Assembly: GCF_001194135.2 (NCBI RefSeq)
Contig: NC_068986.1
Location: forward strand, 21,286,891 to 21,350,890
Origin: Octopus bimaculoides
Taxonomy: Eukaryota
Length of the DNA: 64,000 nucleotides
Direction: 5' to 3'
Both the position numbers and the translations under genes were made by a program. Below the pieces are notes generated by a model. It was not told the DNA's origin, did no database searches, and worked only from the letters and a program-made list of their open reading frames with translations. Position 1 is the stretch's first letter, and every line of letters starts with the position of its first letter. Below are positions 1 to 13,869 of the stretch, piece after piece.

Positions 1-371
1 ACATACATACATACATACATACATACATACATACACATTCAGTAACATCATAACTAGTCTTAGCGAAGTATTTTTCAATAAAGTATGTGTGCGTGTACCT
101 GTGTGTGTGTGCGCGCGCGCGTGTATGTGCGTGTGCATGTGTGTGTGTTTGTGCGCGCGTATGTATATAAATTGGGAATTAGTTGGGACTGCCTCATTAA
201 CTCTAAACAATAGAAGAATAAATGGAAAGAATCAGCTTCTGATGACGTAAAGAATATATGCGTAGGAAGTCTTCCGCGATACAACGTTCTGTTTCGGAAA
301 CTGTATCTCTCATGGGGTGGTGCAAAAAAAACCATAGAACTTCTCTGTAACTTGTAGCAGTCATGTAGTGT

Positions 372-390
372 TATATTATTATTATTATTA

Positions 391-443
<53 letters not shown>
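372..443 (+). repeat. (ATT)n microsatellite; (CATA)n at 1-36 and many other (TA)n, (CA)n and (GA)n tracts across the window
   Basis: Read directly. Confidence 0.95.
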
Positions 444-444
<1 letters not shown>

Positions 445-3400
445 GGGTATGTATATATATATATATATATTGGTATATATATTTGTGTGTGGTGGGGTGT
501 ACGTTGATCGCATGAATGCATGTAACTGTGTATATGCTTACTAAAACAGAATGACGTGATTTGCAATGAAAAGTAATCAATGCCGGGACAGATAATGGAA
601 TTTTAAAACAATAAAAGTCGATTGAGAGAGAGTAGCGGAGAAGGAAGTAATGTCCGACAAATCTCTAAAGGCAAGTAAATAAGACTAAACGTTCTTTTAT
701 GTCCGAGAAATACAAAATGAAAATATAAAAAATACAAAAACAAAAACAAAACCGTTTTCAGTTATAACACTCACATGCACAATTACACATATATATATTG
801 GTGTTTAACATAGGCTCAAGACAGTGAAACCTTTGTCTTCTCTCCCCATGTGGTAAGAGAAGATAATCGATTAAAATCGAACGCAGTACTTGACTGCTAG
901 CTATCTTATTGACCAAGGGAAGATAAAAGGCGAAGCTGACGTCGAAGAGAAGAACGGCAGAGGTAAAATTCGAACACAGGATGTAAACACGACGAGGCTT
1001 TTTTGTTTGAAAGTGTAACGCTTCTGCCAAATACACTGATCAGAACAATTACCTATTATTGTCTTACGGGTTTGTTTTCAACGAAGTCGCGTATTGTCCT
1101 TGCCTTCATAACGCGGAGTAGATGAAACAGGGACAACTGACGAAGGGGTATACTCTTTATGTTGCATGTCTCGTTTCTCTGTTTGTTTATTTTTTTCGTT
1201 GTTCGAAAAAAAGTTCGTTTTCTATGTTTTTGTTTTTATGTTTTCGTTTCTCATTGTGTTCAACGTTTTTTTTTATGTCCTGTACCCATATATGCATGTA
1301 TATATACATACATATGTAGGTATGTACATATATGTATGTATATATGCATATATTTATATATTATTTATATTATTGATGAACCTCCTGCTCCCTCTTCGTG
1401 TTTAACTCTTGTCATCACGCTTATCTGTCCATTTTTAAACTTCTCAATTCACTCATACACTCTTCTGTGCAGTAAAGCGCTGTCCCCTTACTGTACTGAA
1501 ATCCTGCAACGAATGTCCGGCCTCTGACACACATTCAGACCAGAGAAATCGGATCACTGGTTTCTGTTCTTCCTTAGTGTGCACAGCCAACGGAGCGACC
1601 ATGCTTTCTCAGGTAACACACAAAAAAAAAAAAGAAAACTAGAGCGATCGAGGTCAAACGTTGGTTGCGTAGCCAAAACAGCACCACACTTTAGCACGCG
1701 AGCACTGAAAGCAGTGAGGCCAACCTAAAGAAAGTTTTGGTCAAAGTGCGGATAATCTTTNNNNNNNNNNNNNNNNNNNNNNNNNNNNNNNNNNNNNNNN
1801 NNNNNNNNNNNNNNNNNNNNNNNNNNNNNNNNNNNNNNNNNNNNNNNNNNNNNNNNNNNNNNNNNNNNNNNNNNNNNNNNNNNNNNNNNNNNNNNNNNNN
1901 NNNNNNNNNNNNNNNNNNNNNNNNNNNNNNNNNNNNNNNNNNNNNNNNNNNNNNNNNNNNNNNNNNNNNNNNNNNNNNNNNNNNNNNNNNNNNNNNNNNN
2001 NNNNNNNNNNNNNNNNNNNNNNNNNNNNNNNNNNNNNNNNNNNNNNNNNNNNNNNNNNNNNNNNNNNNNNNNNNNNNNNNNNNNNNNNNNNNNNNNNNNN
2101 NNNNNNNNNNNNNNNNNNNNNNNNNNNNNNNNNNNNNNNNNNNNNNNNNNNNNNNNNNNNNNNNNNNNNNNNNNNNNNNNNNNNNNNNNNNNNNNNNNNN
2201 NNNNNNNNNNNNNNNNNNNNNNNNNNNNNNNNNNNNNNNNNNNNNNNNNNNNNNNNNNNNNNNNNNNNNNNNNNNNNNNNNNNNNNNNNNNNNNNNNNNN
2301 NNNNNNNNNNNNNNNNNNNNNNNNNNNNNNNNNNNNNNNNNNNNNNNNNNNNNNNNNNNNNNNNNNNNNNNNNNNNNNNNNNNNNNNNNNNNNNNNNNNN
2401 NNNNNNNNNNNNNNNNNNNNNNNNNNNNNNNNNNNNNNNNNNNNNNNNNNNNNNNNNNNNNNNNNNNNNNNNNNNNNNNNNNNAGAGAGAGAGAGAGAGA
2501 GAGAGAGAGAGACGTCACTAAGGTGAGTAAGGGTACATACAAGTCAGCACCAGGATTGCTAGAAATAAGAGTCAAAACAGCTCTTAACCACGGGGAAGCA
2601 CTTATCTAATTACTGGCAAGGTAGACAAGCTCCATACAGCAAGCAAGACAGAGCCAGATCATCGATGATTTCGGATTTGATTATTCCTCATCAGTGACTC
2701 TCACCCGGTTGCCGAGGGTTAAAGCTAACTCGGCTTGTTAGTTTATAGAGAATGCTGTAGGAATCAGAAGCTGATTCCATAAATGGTAAAAGTGAAAATT
2801 ATAAATTATTAAGGGGGCTTTATTCGCAATTTACAACCATAAGGCACAACTATAGACGTCAGTAAGGTGACTGAGGATGCTAGTCAGTACCAGCATTGCT
2901 AGGATTTAAGAGTCAGAACGAAGAATCCGTATGGAAAAACATCAATAAATGATTGAATGAATGAATGAATGAATGAAAGTAGCCACAATTGATTTCGTAT
3001 CACACACAAAAACAATTCACTGAGTGATTCAAAAAATGAATAAAAAAAGGTGGGGGGAATATTTTAAAAAACACACACATACGTTAAAGACAACGGTAAT
3101 ATTTAGTATCAATATGTAAATGTACCGACCAATCTAACTGCATCATCAATAGTAACCAGAGTTAGTTCTGAAAAATCAAACCTGCTAAATTGATCTGCAA
3201 GAAGCAATGATCAAAGCACTGAAAACAGAAATCTAACGCAACGGCAGTGATCCAGGAAAAGTTCCGCATGCAGTATGGCGGAGTAAAAATAAAACGACGC
3301 CATTTTGTTTTGGTGTTGTGTCTTTTTTTTTTTTTCTCTCTTATCCTCTCTTCCAAGCGATTTCTTTTCTTAGATAAAATGGATGAAAAGCAAATCGAAT

Positions 3401-3722
3401 TGTTGCTTCGACTGCTAATCAGACATACTAATTTGATAAAAAGCTACTCACATATTCTCTATAGGTTGGAATAAGTTTAGGCAAGAAACATATACGAATA
3501 ATATATTGTATACGGTATGGATCCTGAGGTAAAGAAGACGATATGCAAACCCGTATTCATATGTATATGCGCTTACATGGGTACATACGCATATATAAAA
3601 GTATGCATAAGAACATACATAGATATGTGTGTGAATGCCTATTCAAACACACACACATAGATACACACACACACACATATGCATTCATATGCATTCATAT
3701 GCATTTATATGCNNNNNNNNNN

Positions 3723-3766
<44 letters not shown>

Positions 3767-3776
3767 TACATATATT

Positions 3777-4108
3777 GAAGGCGCATGGCTCAGTGGTTAG
3801 AGCGTCGAGTTTACGATCGTTGTGAGTTCGAATCCCGGACCGGGCTGCGTGTTGTGTTCTTGAGCAAGATACTTTATTTCACGTTGCTCCAATTCACTCA
3901 GCTGTAGAAATGAGTTGCGACGTCACAGGTGCCAAGCTGTATCAGCCTTTGCCTTTCCCTTGGATAACACTGGTGGTGTGGAGAGTGGAGGCCGGTATGC
4001 ATGGGCGACTGCTGGTCTTCCATAGAACAACCTTGACCGGACTTGTGCCTGGGAGGGTAACTTTCTACGTGCAATCCCATGGTCAGTCATGACCGAAAGG
4101 GGTCTCAG
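3777..4108 (+). mobile_element. tRNA-derived SINE, apparently full length
   Basis: A box TGGCTCAGTGG and B box GAGTTCGAATCC; related copies at 4190-4307, 11290-11420 (-) and 18720-19000 (-). Confidence 0.85.
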
Positions 4109-4506
4109 CATATATATATATATATATAGATAGATAGAGAGAGAGAGAGACAGAGAGAGAGACAGAGAGAGAGCTGTGTGTGTGTGTGTAGGCTTAGTGG
4201 TTAGGGTGTAGGAGTCATTATCGTAAGATTGTGATTTCGATTCTTGGGCCGGGCGACGCGTTTTGTTCTTGAGCAAACTACTTCATTTCACGTTGCTCCA
4301 GTCCACTNNNNNNNNNNNNNNNNNNNNNNNNNNNNNNNNNNNNNNNNNNNNNNNNNNNNNNNNNNNNNNNNNNNNNNNNNNNNNNNNNNNNNNNNNTAGC
4401 CTCCAACCGGCCAAAGCCATGTGAATGGATTTGGTAAGCGGAAACTGAAAGAAGCCTGTCGTATATATTTATATGTATGTACGTATGTATGTATATGTGT
4501 GTGTCT

Positions 4507-4546
<40 letters not shown>

Positions 4547-6023
4547 CCCCCACCACCGCTTGACAACCAATGTCGGTGTATTTACGTCCCCGTAACTTAG
4601 CAGTTCGGCAAAAAAAACCGATAGAATAAGTACAATGCTTTAAAAACATAATAAGTGCAGGGGGTGATTCATTCGACTAAAAATTGTTCAAGGCGGTGCC
4701 CCGGCATGGCCGCAGTCTAATGACTGAAACAAATAAAAGATAAAAGATAAACGGTACTATAATAACTCAGTCATGAAGTGAAAAGCAAGCCACAAGTCAT
4801 ACTGAAAGGTATTTGATCGAATAAGATCTTCGGACCTCTCAGCATTCAACAAGCATATTATATTGTTCACAACATGTTCTTTTCTACTCTAGGCACAAGG
4901 CCCGAAATTTTAGGGGAATGGGGTGTCAGTCGATTAGATCGACCCCAGTCTGCAACTGGTACTTAATTTATCGACTCCGAAAGGATGAAAGGCAAAGTCG
5001 ACCTCGGTGGATTTTGAACTCGAAACGTAAAGACGGACGAAATACCGCTAAGCATTTCGCCCGGTGAGCTAACGCTTCTGCCAGCTCACCGCCTTATTGC
5101 TCACAACACATTAGCAGAGCCTCTCCAAAACGTTACAAAACAAAAACAACTGAGCGAGACTGATTAGAAAACAAAATTAAACTGCTCAATGTTACGATAA
5201 GTTTCAGCATCACCAGCGATGTTAGTAAGGAAGGAGGTCAAGGTCTGTTGGCTTGTTGTTACAGTTTAAGATGCCCGGGTCATAATGCTGAAATAACATC
5301 TGCCATAAACTGAAGGAGGAACTAAGCATCTTACTTATTGAAGTTAATAAACATGAAATGGATAACATTATCATAATAATTAAGTAGCACGTTAGAATGA
5401 CAGAGATATTAAAGTGCTGAACTAAATATGTACTATGAGGTGTATAATTTCCTTCTTTCAAGTTCTCAATTCAAATCCTACCGGTATCTCCTCCTTTAGC
5501 TTCCGGTGTTTTACCAACACCGGAAACGCATGTACGAGGGTTGTTCCGTTGGACTAGCCACCTTCGTTGTAATTGTAGTTGTTGTTTAAATCCTCCACCC
5601 GTCGTACCAAATATTTCCTTAATTTACTTTACAGATAGTAACCGTACGTTTCGAGAGAAATTTGGCTGCTATTTCTAGCCTGTTGAGCCAACAGTTGCGG
5701 TAGCCACTATTGGCTCAACACTGTCGTAATAGTAGATGATATTGCGGGCACTATATAGCTGAATGGTTAAGAAGTTCACTTCGCAATCATAAAGTACCGG
5801 GTTCAATATCACAGCGTGGCATCTCGGGTAAATGTCATTTTCTGTAGCCTTGTGAGAGAAATTGGGTAGACAGAAACTAGAGAAGCCCATCCGGTGGATA
5901 GTACCTGTAATTACCAGAGTGCTTACAACGACGGACAGAATCCTGCGCCGTATTTGTTCCTACTCTCTACTTTCTGATTTCAAATCTCACCGAGGCCAAC
6001 TTTGATTTTCATTCTTTCGAGGT

Positions 6024-6958
6024 TGTAGCGTACACTCGAGTGAAATTCCCCTCTCCCCTTTATTATATATACGTACTTTCGAATGTAGCAGGTAACAGCT
6101 AGCCTTTGGTCGCTATTTGGACCCTACTCTGATTGGTTGGTATTGGTGCAATTTGCCTTTTACTCTGTCGCGCCAATCTGCAGCGGAGCCCCTAAATAAA
6201 TCTCGTGAGACGGCCTGTTTTCAATCCCATTTGAGCCTACTGTTCCTTATAAAAGCTCACCTTCTCCTCGTCTCGAGGTCTTTGGTTCCAAACCTCTGTT
6301 GGTTCCAGTCTCACTTTTTTTCTGCACAGCATTGACGTGCGTGAGTGTTTTATTTGTTGTTTCGTTTAATGTTAAAATTGTTTCGTGTTTTTTAAACACT
6401 TTGTTACTCTTGTCTTACTGCCTTACAGCAGTCTGTTGGATACAAGAACCTCACCTCCTCGGAGCTTTAGTCTTCTGAGGAAGAACTATTGAAGTCTGTC
6501 GAAATAATGGATGAGCAGTTGAAGAAAAGAAATTTTGCGACTGTCGCCAAGAGCCATAGCAACGCAGTCGAACTAACAGAACTGAGTAAATATAAGAACA
6601 TGCTTTGCAGAGATGGGTGCAAAGTAAAGGTGTTCCCTCCACAAGAAATTATGAAGGATACTGAAAACAAAGAAAATCGAAGTAATGACGATCATACACG
6701 TCCTTGAAACCAATCTGGCAAGGAATTTCATACCTTGCCAGAGGAAGGAAGTTCAAAACAGTGGAGGTGAATTTCCGAGAGGTAGCTACTGCCAGGTTAC
6801 ACTCGGCAACCCCGTTAAAAACAGAAGAAGTGGTACTTCTACCCATATATCTTGGGAGACGTGCTTCCAGGGGTAGGGTAGAAGATATACCACCAGAGAT
6901 TCACGTAGCCTGGCTAGTAGCTGCCATACCGCTATTTCTAGTAGATCGAGAGGCTACA
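6024..6958 (+). mobile_element. Possible retroelement 5' region or ORF1 relic
   Basis: Coding-like stretch 6489-6964 broken by frameshifts (TVEVNF...LLPIYLGRRASRGRVEDIPPEI, RRM-like); CCAAT- and TATA-like motifs upstream; family not recognised. Confidence 0.35.
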
Positions 6959-7248
6959 AAATGACTCCCACGTTGGTTTGATTCTGTTGTTTTTGTTGTT
7001 TGATTGTAAAGGAGTTTAAAAACAATGTAACTGTATTCCGATCTTCTGTTGGTTTGGGATTATTTCATTCGCTCTTCTGTGAATAATTAGATCCTGTAAA
7101 AAAAAATAAGATTAAAAAAACAGATTTAAAAAAAGGAAACAAGACCGATGTTATTAGTACCCCTTAAAATGACACAATTTGAAAATGTTTGCGATAGCTT
7201 TAACGAAATTTGCTTTCTTACCATCTATTATTATTGTTGTTGTTTTCA

Positions 7249-7299
<51 letters not shown>

Positions 7300-7849
7300 T
7301 ACTACTACTACTACTTGTGTTGTTTGACACATTTCTATCATCTTGTCATGCTGAGAAAATGTTTTCGCTTGCCACACTTGTTGTTTCCCTTCAGTAAGAA
7401 CTCTTTCGTCTCTTGTCAGCCAATTACGCTCACATTTATACTCCACTTCCCTTACNNNNNNNNNNCTCTTTCGTCTCTTGTCAGCCAATTACGCTCACAT
7501 TTATACTCCACTTCCCTTACGAACCACCCGCGATTTTACAAATCAATGTCTTCCATTCACTTTTGTCAAACACAAGAAGTAGTTGGGAAGGGAGAGAAAC
7601 GAATACATTTTTCCTTTTTCCTTTTTATTTATTTTTTTTTTCCTATTTGTGATATTATTGTAGCATTCTGGCCTATTTATTCTGCCATATCGGCATATCG
7701 TACGTAAACCTTTCGTCTACTCCCCTAGAACTACACTCCCTTATGAGAATCCTGCCAGAATGGAGGAGAAGGAAGAGGGCATGAAGGGGAGGATGGGGGG
7801 AGGAGGAATAATAATGAAGATGTCGATTTGTTCCAAGGACAGCACACAA

Positions 7850-8125
7850 CTCGATGTCTTCGAGTACCTCGGCTCTTACATTGATGACAGCACGAAAGAC
7901 TTTCTCACACACAAGGGATTAGCCTAGAGTGCCAGTTACATGCTTCAAAACATCTGGAAATCAAATATTTCAAACTCAACAAGACTTATCTACTTCGGGA
8001 TATATTAAGAGAGCATTCTCCTCTATAAAACCGAAGCTTGAATAATGAAGGAGTTTCATGATAGCCTTAATGGTACATGCGCCACGCATCTCATAGGAGC
8101 TCAAAATATCCCTTGGTGTGAACAC
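7850..8125 (+). mobile_element. RTE-clade LINE reverse transcriptase fragment
   Basis: FEYLGSYI...KGLA...LQNIWKSNI...ESILLY motif typical of the RTE post-RT region, with stops. Confidence 0.75.
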
Positions 8126-9269
8126 AAGACCAAAAGGGAGACTTAAGGACTCGTCACACCCATTCCTTCTCTTGTTGTTGTTGTTGGTACTCCATCGCTT
8201 ACGACGTCGAGGATTCCAGTTGATCCGATCAACGGAACAGCCTGCTCATGAAATTAACGTGCAAGTGGCTGAGCACTCCACAGACACGTGTACCCTTAAA
8301 GTAGTTCTCGGGGATATTCAGCGTGACACAGTGTGACAAGGCTGACCCTTTGAATTACAGGCACAACAGAAACAGGATGTAACAGAGAGAGAAAGTTCTG
8401 GTGAAAGAGTACAGCAGGGTTCGCCACCATCCCCTGCCGGAGCCTCGTGGAGCTTTAGGNNNNNNNNNNNNNNNNNNNNNNNNNNNNNNNNNNNNNNNNN
8501 NNNNNNNNNNNNNNNNNNNNNNNNNNNNNNNNNNNNNNNNNNNNNNNNNNNNNNNNNNNNNNNNNNNNNNNNNNNNNNNNNNNNNNNNNNNNNNNNNNNN
8601 NNNNNNNNNNNNNNNNNNNNNNNNNNNNNNNNNNNNNNNNNNNNNNNNNNNNNNNNNNNNNNNNNNNNNNNNNNNNNNNNNNNNNNNNNNNNNNNNNNNN
8701 NNNNNNNNNNNNNNNNNNNNNNNNNNNNNNNNNNNNNNNNNNNNNNNNNNNNNNNNNNNNNNNNNNNNNNNNNNNNNNNNNNNNNNNNNNNNNNNNNNNN
8801 NNNNNNNNNNNNNNNNNNNNNNNNNNNNNNNNNNNNNNNNNNNNNNNNNNNNNNNNNNNNNNNNNNNNNNNNNNNNNNNNNNNNNNNNNNNNNNNNNNNN
8901 NNNNNNNNNNNNNNNNNNNNNNNNNNNNNNNNNNNNNNNNNNNNNNNNNNNNNNNNNNNNNNNNNNNNNNNNNNNNNNNNNNNNNNNNNNNNNNNNNNNN
9001 NNNNNNNNNNNNNNNNNNNNNNNNNNNNNNNNNNNNNNNNNNNNNNNNNNNNNNNNNNNNNNNNNNNNNNNNNNNNNNNNNNNNNNNNNNNNNNNNNNNN
9101 NNNNNNNNNNNNNNNNNNNNNNNNNNNNNNNNNNNNNNNNNNNNNNNNNNNNNNNNNNNNNNNNNNNNNNNNNNNNNNNNNNNNNNNNNNNNNNNNNNNN
9201 NNNNNNNNNNNNNNNNNNNNNNNNNNNNNNNNNNNNNNNNNNNNNNNNNNNNNNNNNNNNNNNNNNNNN

Positions 9270-9892
9270 CAACTTACAAGGACGCTGCCATGAGAAAACA
9301 CAAGTTTACGTGTGGTTTCCACGCTTCAGGAGTGGTCACTAGTCGCTTGAATACTAATCTCGTTCAGGGCGACCGTCGACCTCTCGAACGAATGAAAACA
9401 TCATGAAAATTCATGAACTGATCTTGGAGGACCGTCGCCGAACAGTTGACCAGCTTGTTGATCTGACTGGTATGCCCTGGAGCTCGTGCCAACGAATTTT
9501 GAGCGAGGAATTGCGAATGAAAAGAGTTGCAGCAAAATTTGTGTCTCGATTGCTCACGGAAGATCAAAACCAGTCATGACTGAATGTGTGATGTGAACTG
9601 AAAGAACAGTTGGAAGCTGATCCGGACTTTTTTTTCGAAAATTATCACTGGTGACGAAAGCTGGTGCTATGGAATTTGCAGATGTGGAAGAGGTGAAGAA
9701 AAAAACCACGGGGTGGTTAAAAGGCATCACTTCGTAAGAATTCTAAGACTGCTTTGAACAGTGGAAAACGCGCCTGGACTGATGCATTGCTTCAGGTGGA
9801 GAACACTTTGAAGGCGATAAAAGTGTAAACATTTAAAACGAAGTGAATAGAATAATATTGCAAAATTCCGATTTCTTTTGGGTACTTCCTCG
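9270..9892 (+). mobile_element. Degenerate, internally deleted mariner (Tc1/mariner) transposon
   Basis: Translates to SGRPSTSRTNENI...KRVAAKFVSRLLT...IITGDESWCY and C-terminal QWKTRL..CIASGGEHFEGD, with stops and a frameshift; TIR-like end near 9892. Confidence 0.9.
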
Positions 9893-9898
9893 TGTATC

Positions 9899-9949
<51 letters not shown>

Positions 9950-12484
9950 GTATGTGTGTGTGTATGTACATATATATGTGTGTGTGTATATACATGTGTG
10001 TGTGTCTTTGTGCCTGTCCACCATCATTGCTTGACAACCGGTGTTGGTGTGTTTACGTTCCCGTAACATAGCGGTTCGGCAAAAGATACCAATAGAATAA
10101 GTACTATGCTTAAAAATAATAAGTCCTGGGGTTGATTTGTTCTACCAAAATCCTTCAAGGCGGTGCTCCAGCATGGCTGCAGTCAAATGACTGAAACAAG
10201 TAAAAGAATAAAAGAATATGTAAACATATATATATTTACGTATTTATGCATACATTTATACACACACACACATATATACACACATTTATGCATACATTTA
10301 TACACACACACATGTATATATACCTATAAACACACACATAAGAAAGACCGTTGTATTTTCTTTTAAATTTTCGAATTTTCTTAACCTCTTCTTACCCATT
10401 CTCTTCCGTTCATTTACATGAATTCTTCCCTTCAAAAATATACATTATTTCCTCGAATTTCACCGTTCCATGTTCAAATTTTTTTGTTCTTTCTTGTTGT
10501 TGTGTGTGTGTGTGTGTCTAGGGGGTATGATAGGGTATGTTTTAACACCCATCTATCATCTACTAGCCCGATACAGTGTGTGGTCTTGAGTTTTTTTAAC
10601 TAGATCTCAGAATTGTTGGGATGTCTGTCTGTCTGCCCGTTACACCTATCTGAAATATCACGACGTTTGTGTCAAAGACAGAGAGTATTGAATAGTTTGT
10701 TTTTGTTTGTTTGTCGTTTTATTCGATTCCCCCCCCCCTTCTTCCAGTCTAGCTGTTAGTGAACACGAAAACTGAAAGTGAGACTCTGAGAGAACTTCCA
10801 CGTAGTCGATGGACATGCTAGAAATACAAGTCAAATTTCTCTCAACTCACGCCCTACATACATACACACGTGCATGCATACATACATGTGCGAGTGCGCG
10901 ATGGATTTCTGCAGTTTCCCCATCACCAATTTTCATTCACAAGGCATTATTGGTCAATCCAAGACTATGGTAGAGTTCTCTTTCCCAAAATGCAGTTAAA
11001 CTCCACTTTGAAATCTTATCGGGTCTGACACAACCCCCCACCCACCCATAATCACTACTAAAGCAGTACCATTCTGCTTATTGTTGTCCATATTCAATCC
11101 AATAACACCCTCGTTCGTTGAGATGTATTTGAGGCAAGATTTTGTGGATGGATGCTCTTCCTGTCACTAACACTTGTATCTTCAAGTAAAGTTACCTTCT
11201 CGAGTCAATATCGACTCCATAAGGACCGATTTCCCCGATTTGATGGCGTGTATAATCCTCACCGGGACGGGACGCTGGTCCGTCGCAGGATTACTCACTT
11301 TTGCCAGTTGAGTGGCCTGGAACAACGTGAAATGATGCGTTTTACTCAAGAACACAACTCATCTTCCGGTCCAGGAATCGAAACCACAATCTTACGATCA
11401 TAAGTCGAACATGAGTCACGTGCCTCCACATATTTTCAAGTAAAGGATTTTTTTTTTCTACAGATTGTCAACAATGGGGTGTGACAAGTCGTAATATCAA
11501 GAAATGTAAAAAAATCATCACCGTTTGGCTTAAGAGCTGACAAGTCACATCAACATTCACACACATACAACGGATTTCTTACAGCTTCCATCGACCAAAT
11601 TTTATCACATAGCATTGGTCAGCCTGTGATTGTTAATAATTCATGAGATTTCAAATACTTCACTCTCTTGGAAAGAAAACACCAATGCAGTAAAACTTAG
11701 ACAAATTCTAGGAATTCTTGACGTTTGGACAACATCATTGCATGCAAGTAATTATATCTGGCAGTTGTTAGCATTTTCTCAGACATACTTTAAAATTTGC
11801 CAATAATTTTCTTTTCCGCAGAATATTGATGTAGGCTTTATGGCAATAAGGGTTAGAATCACTGAAATTAAGCCAATGTGGTTAGATTGTTTCCTTTTCC
11901 ATTTTTCTTGGTATAATGCCAGTCCAAGGTTGATGTTCAAATGCTTCGAGTTTAAGTTTGTCTTTGGACATATTCAAAGACAGCTATCATTCAACTAGAA
12001 GCTGAAAACTTTCGGCTATCATGTCTTACTTAGGCTATAGAAGCCTCTATATCAATGGATCTCAACCATTTTTTTTTTTTACCTTTGATTACTATTTTTG
12101 TTCCGGTGGACCTTCATAGCCATTCTGTGTTTAAAAATTAGTTTTCTGGTTACTTCTTTCAAAATTCCAATTTTGTTATTCACGAGATCGTTGAGCGAAA
12201 ACACCTAAAGCTCCACGAGGCTCCGGCAGGGGATGGTGGCGAACCCTGCTGTACTCTTTCACCACAACTTTCTCTCACTCTTTCTTCCTGTTTCTGTTGT
12301 GCCTGTAATTCAAAGGGTCAGCCTTGTCATACTGTGTCACGCTGAATATCCCCGAGAACTACGTTAAGGGTACACGTGTCTGTGGAGTGCTCAGCCACTT
12401 GCACGTTAATTTCACGAGCAGGCTGTTCCGTTGATCGGATCGACTGGAACCCTCGACGTCGTAAGCGACGGAGTGCCAACAACC

Positions 12485-12671
12485 TTTCGACTTATTTGCC
12501 ATGAAACTACTTCACTTCTGGGAAGAGGGTATTTTCAAGTTAAAAGAAAGATGGAGACGCATTGTGCAACAAAATGATTCATATTTGGTTGATTAAAAAT
12601 GTAATGGCAAGTATTTATTGACTTTTTTCATTCCTTTAAAAATCGGCACGAACTTTCCGGACAACCCAATA
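12485..12671 (+). mobile_element. Mariner 3' end with terminal inverted repeat
   Basis: FWEEGIFKLKERWRRIVQQNDSYLVD* followed by ...CGGCACGAACTTTCCGGACAACCCAATA ending in TA. Confidence 0.82.
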
Positions 12672-13869
12672 CATTAATACTGTGATGGCATATACGATAC
12701 ACCTTTTAAATAATAAAAAAAAAAACACCCCAGCACCCATATGAGAAGTTCGAATTCTCATAAGCTATAATGCACAAAAAACACTTTTTCCTGAATATGT
12801 CCTTCTGAAATTAGTGTGCATCTATGCCCATGCGTCGTTTATGACATCAAATAAAGTATGTCCGAAAAAAACGTTTGGTGGTCATTGAACTGCTCGATTT
12901 GGACTGTCGTGGGTCTCGTAAAATAACAATGACTTCATACTCTACTGGAGACCAGGGCAGTATAACTTCCCCCATCTTACAACCTACTAGACATCAATCA
13001 ATGGACCACAGTGAATTGCTTCAGAACTCAAGTTTTTACAGAACAGACTCGGCTAATCATGACCAACAAAATCTCTGATAACCACAAACTGATGCAGAAT
13101 CATTCTTTTGGCTTTTTTTTTATCACCGTTCATGTAAAAAAACGGGACCAAGACAGATTGTGATTTTGTATACCAAATGATATGGCAAGGTGAAATTTCA
13201 TGAACACATCTATAAAAATAACATTGTTTATTCAAGGGAAATGGAGATCATGTAGAATTTTTTAAAAGATCAATTCATCAGAATCATCGGTTTAACTTCT
13301 AATTTCCCCCTGCTTGCATGGGTCCGACGAAAGTATGATAGGCAGAGTTTTCCACAGCCAGATGCTCTTCCTGGCCCCAACATATTTCTAAGGTTTATAA
13401 TCTTCCAATCAGACACGTTTATGTGAAGAAGTGGAAACAAACAACACCGAATGAATGAATCTTTTGTTTACAAAGATTGTACAACATACCAAAAGACCCA
13501 AATATGCTTTCACAATGGACTCTAAGTACACTATACTATCCAACACTGCCAGCAAGGTGGCCTTGGTTTACAACCAGTGAACACATGTGAAGATGAGAAA
13601 TATAACAAGGTACACATATACACACTTCTTCCAATTTCATCAGTACAATCTACTCACAAAGCTTTGGTCAGCCCATGGCTATAGCAGAAGACACTTGTTC
13701 GTGATTCCACATAGTGGAACTGAACCTATTACCATGTAGTTTGGAAATGAACTTCTTAACCACCCAGCCATGCATGCATTGACTGAATTTGTAAATTAGC
13801 TAATTAAATGTTCCTGCAGTGAAATAATACAAAAATCATATTTAAGGGCCTCTCGCTTAGGATGAAAGG

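Noticed and set aside
75-566. 163-aa minus-strand ORF and many similar HT/YI/CV-rich ORFs
   Set aside because: Dominated by microsatellite translations with no recognisable domain or splice support.
1691-2609. Long ORFs spanning N runs (also 8318-9342 and 60719-61524)
   Set aside because: Artefacts of translating assembly gaps as X.
3781-3850. tRNA-like heads of SINEs as real tRNA genes
   Set aside because: No complete cloverleaf, and they continue into repeated SINE bodies.
7401-7520. 55-bp direct repeat either side of a 10-N gap
   Set aside because: Identical sequence flanking a minimal gap is the signature of an unmerged contig overlap.
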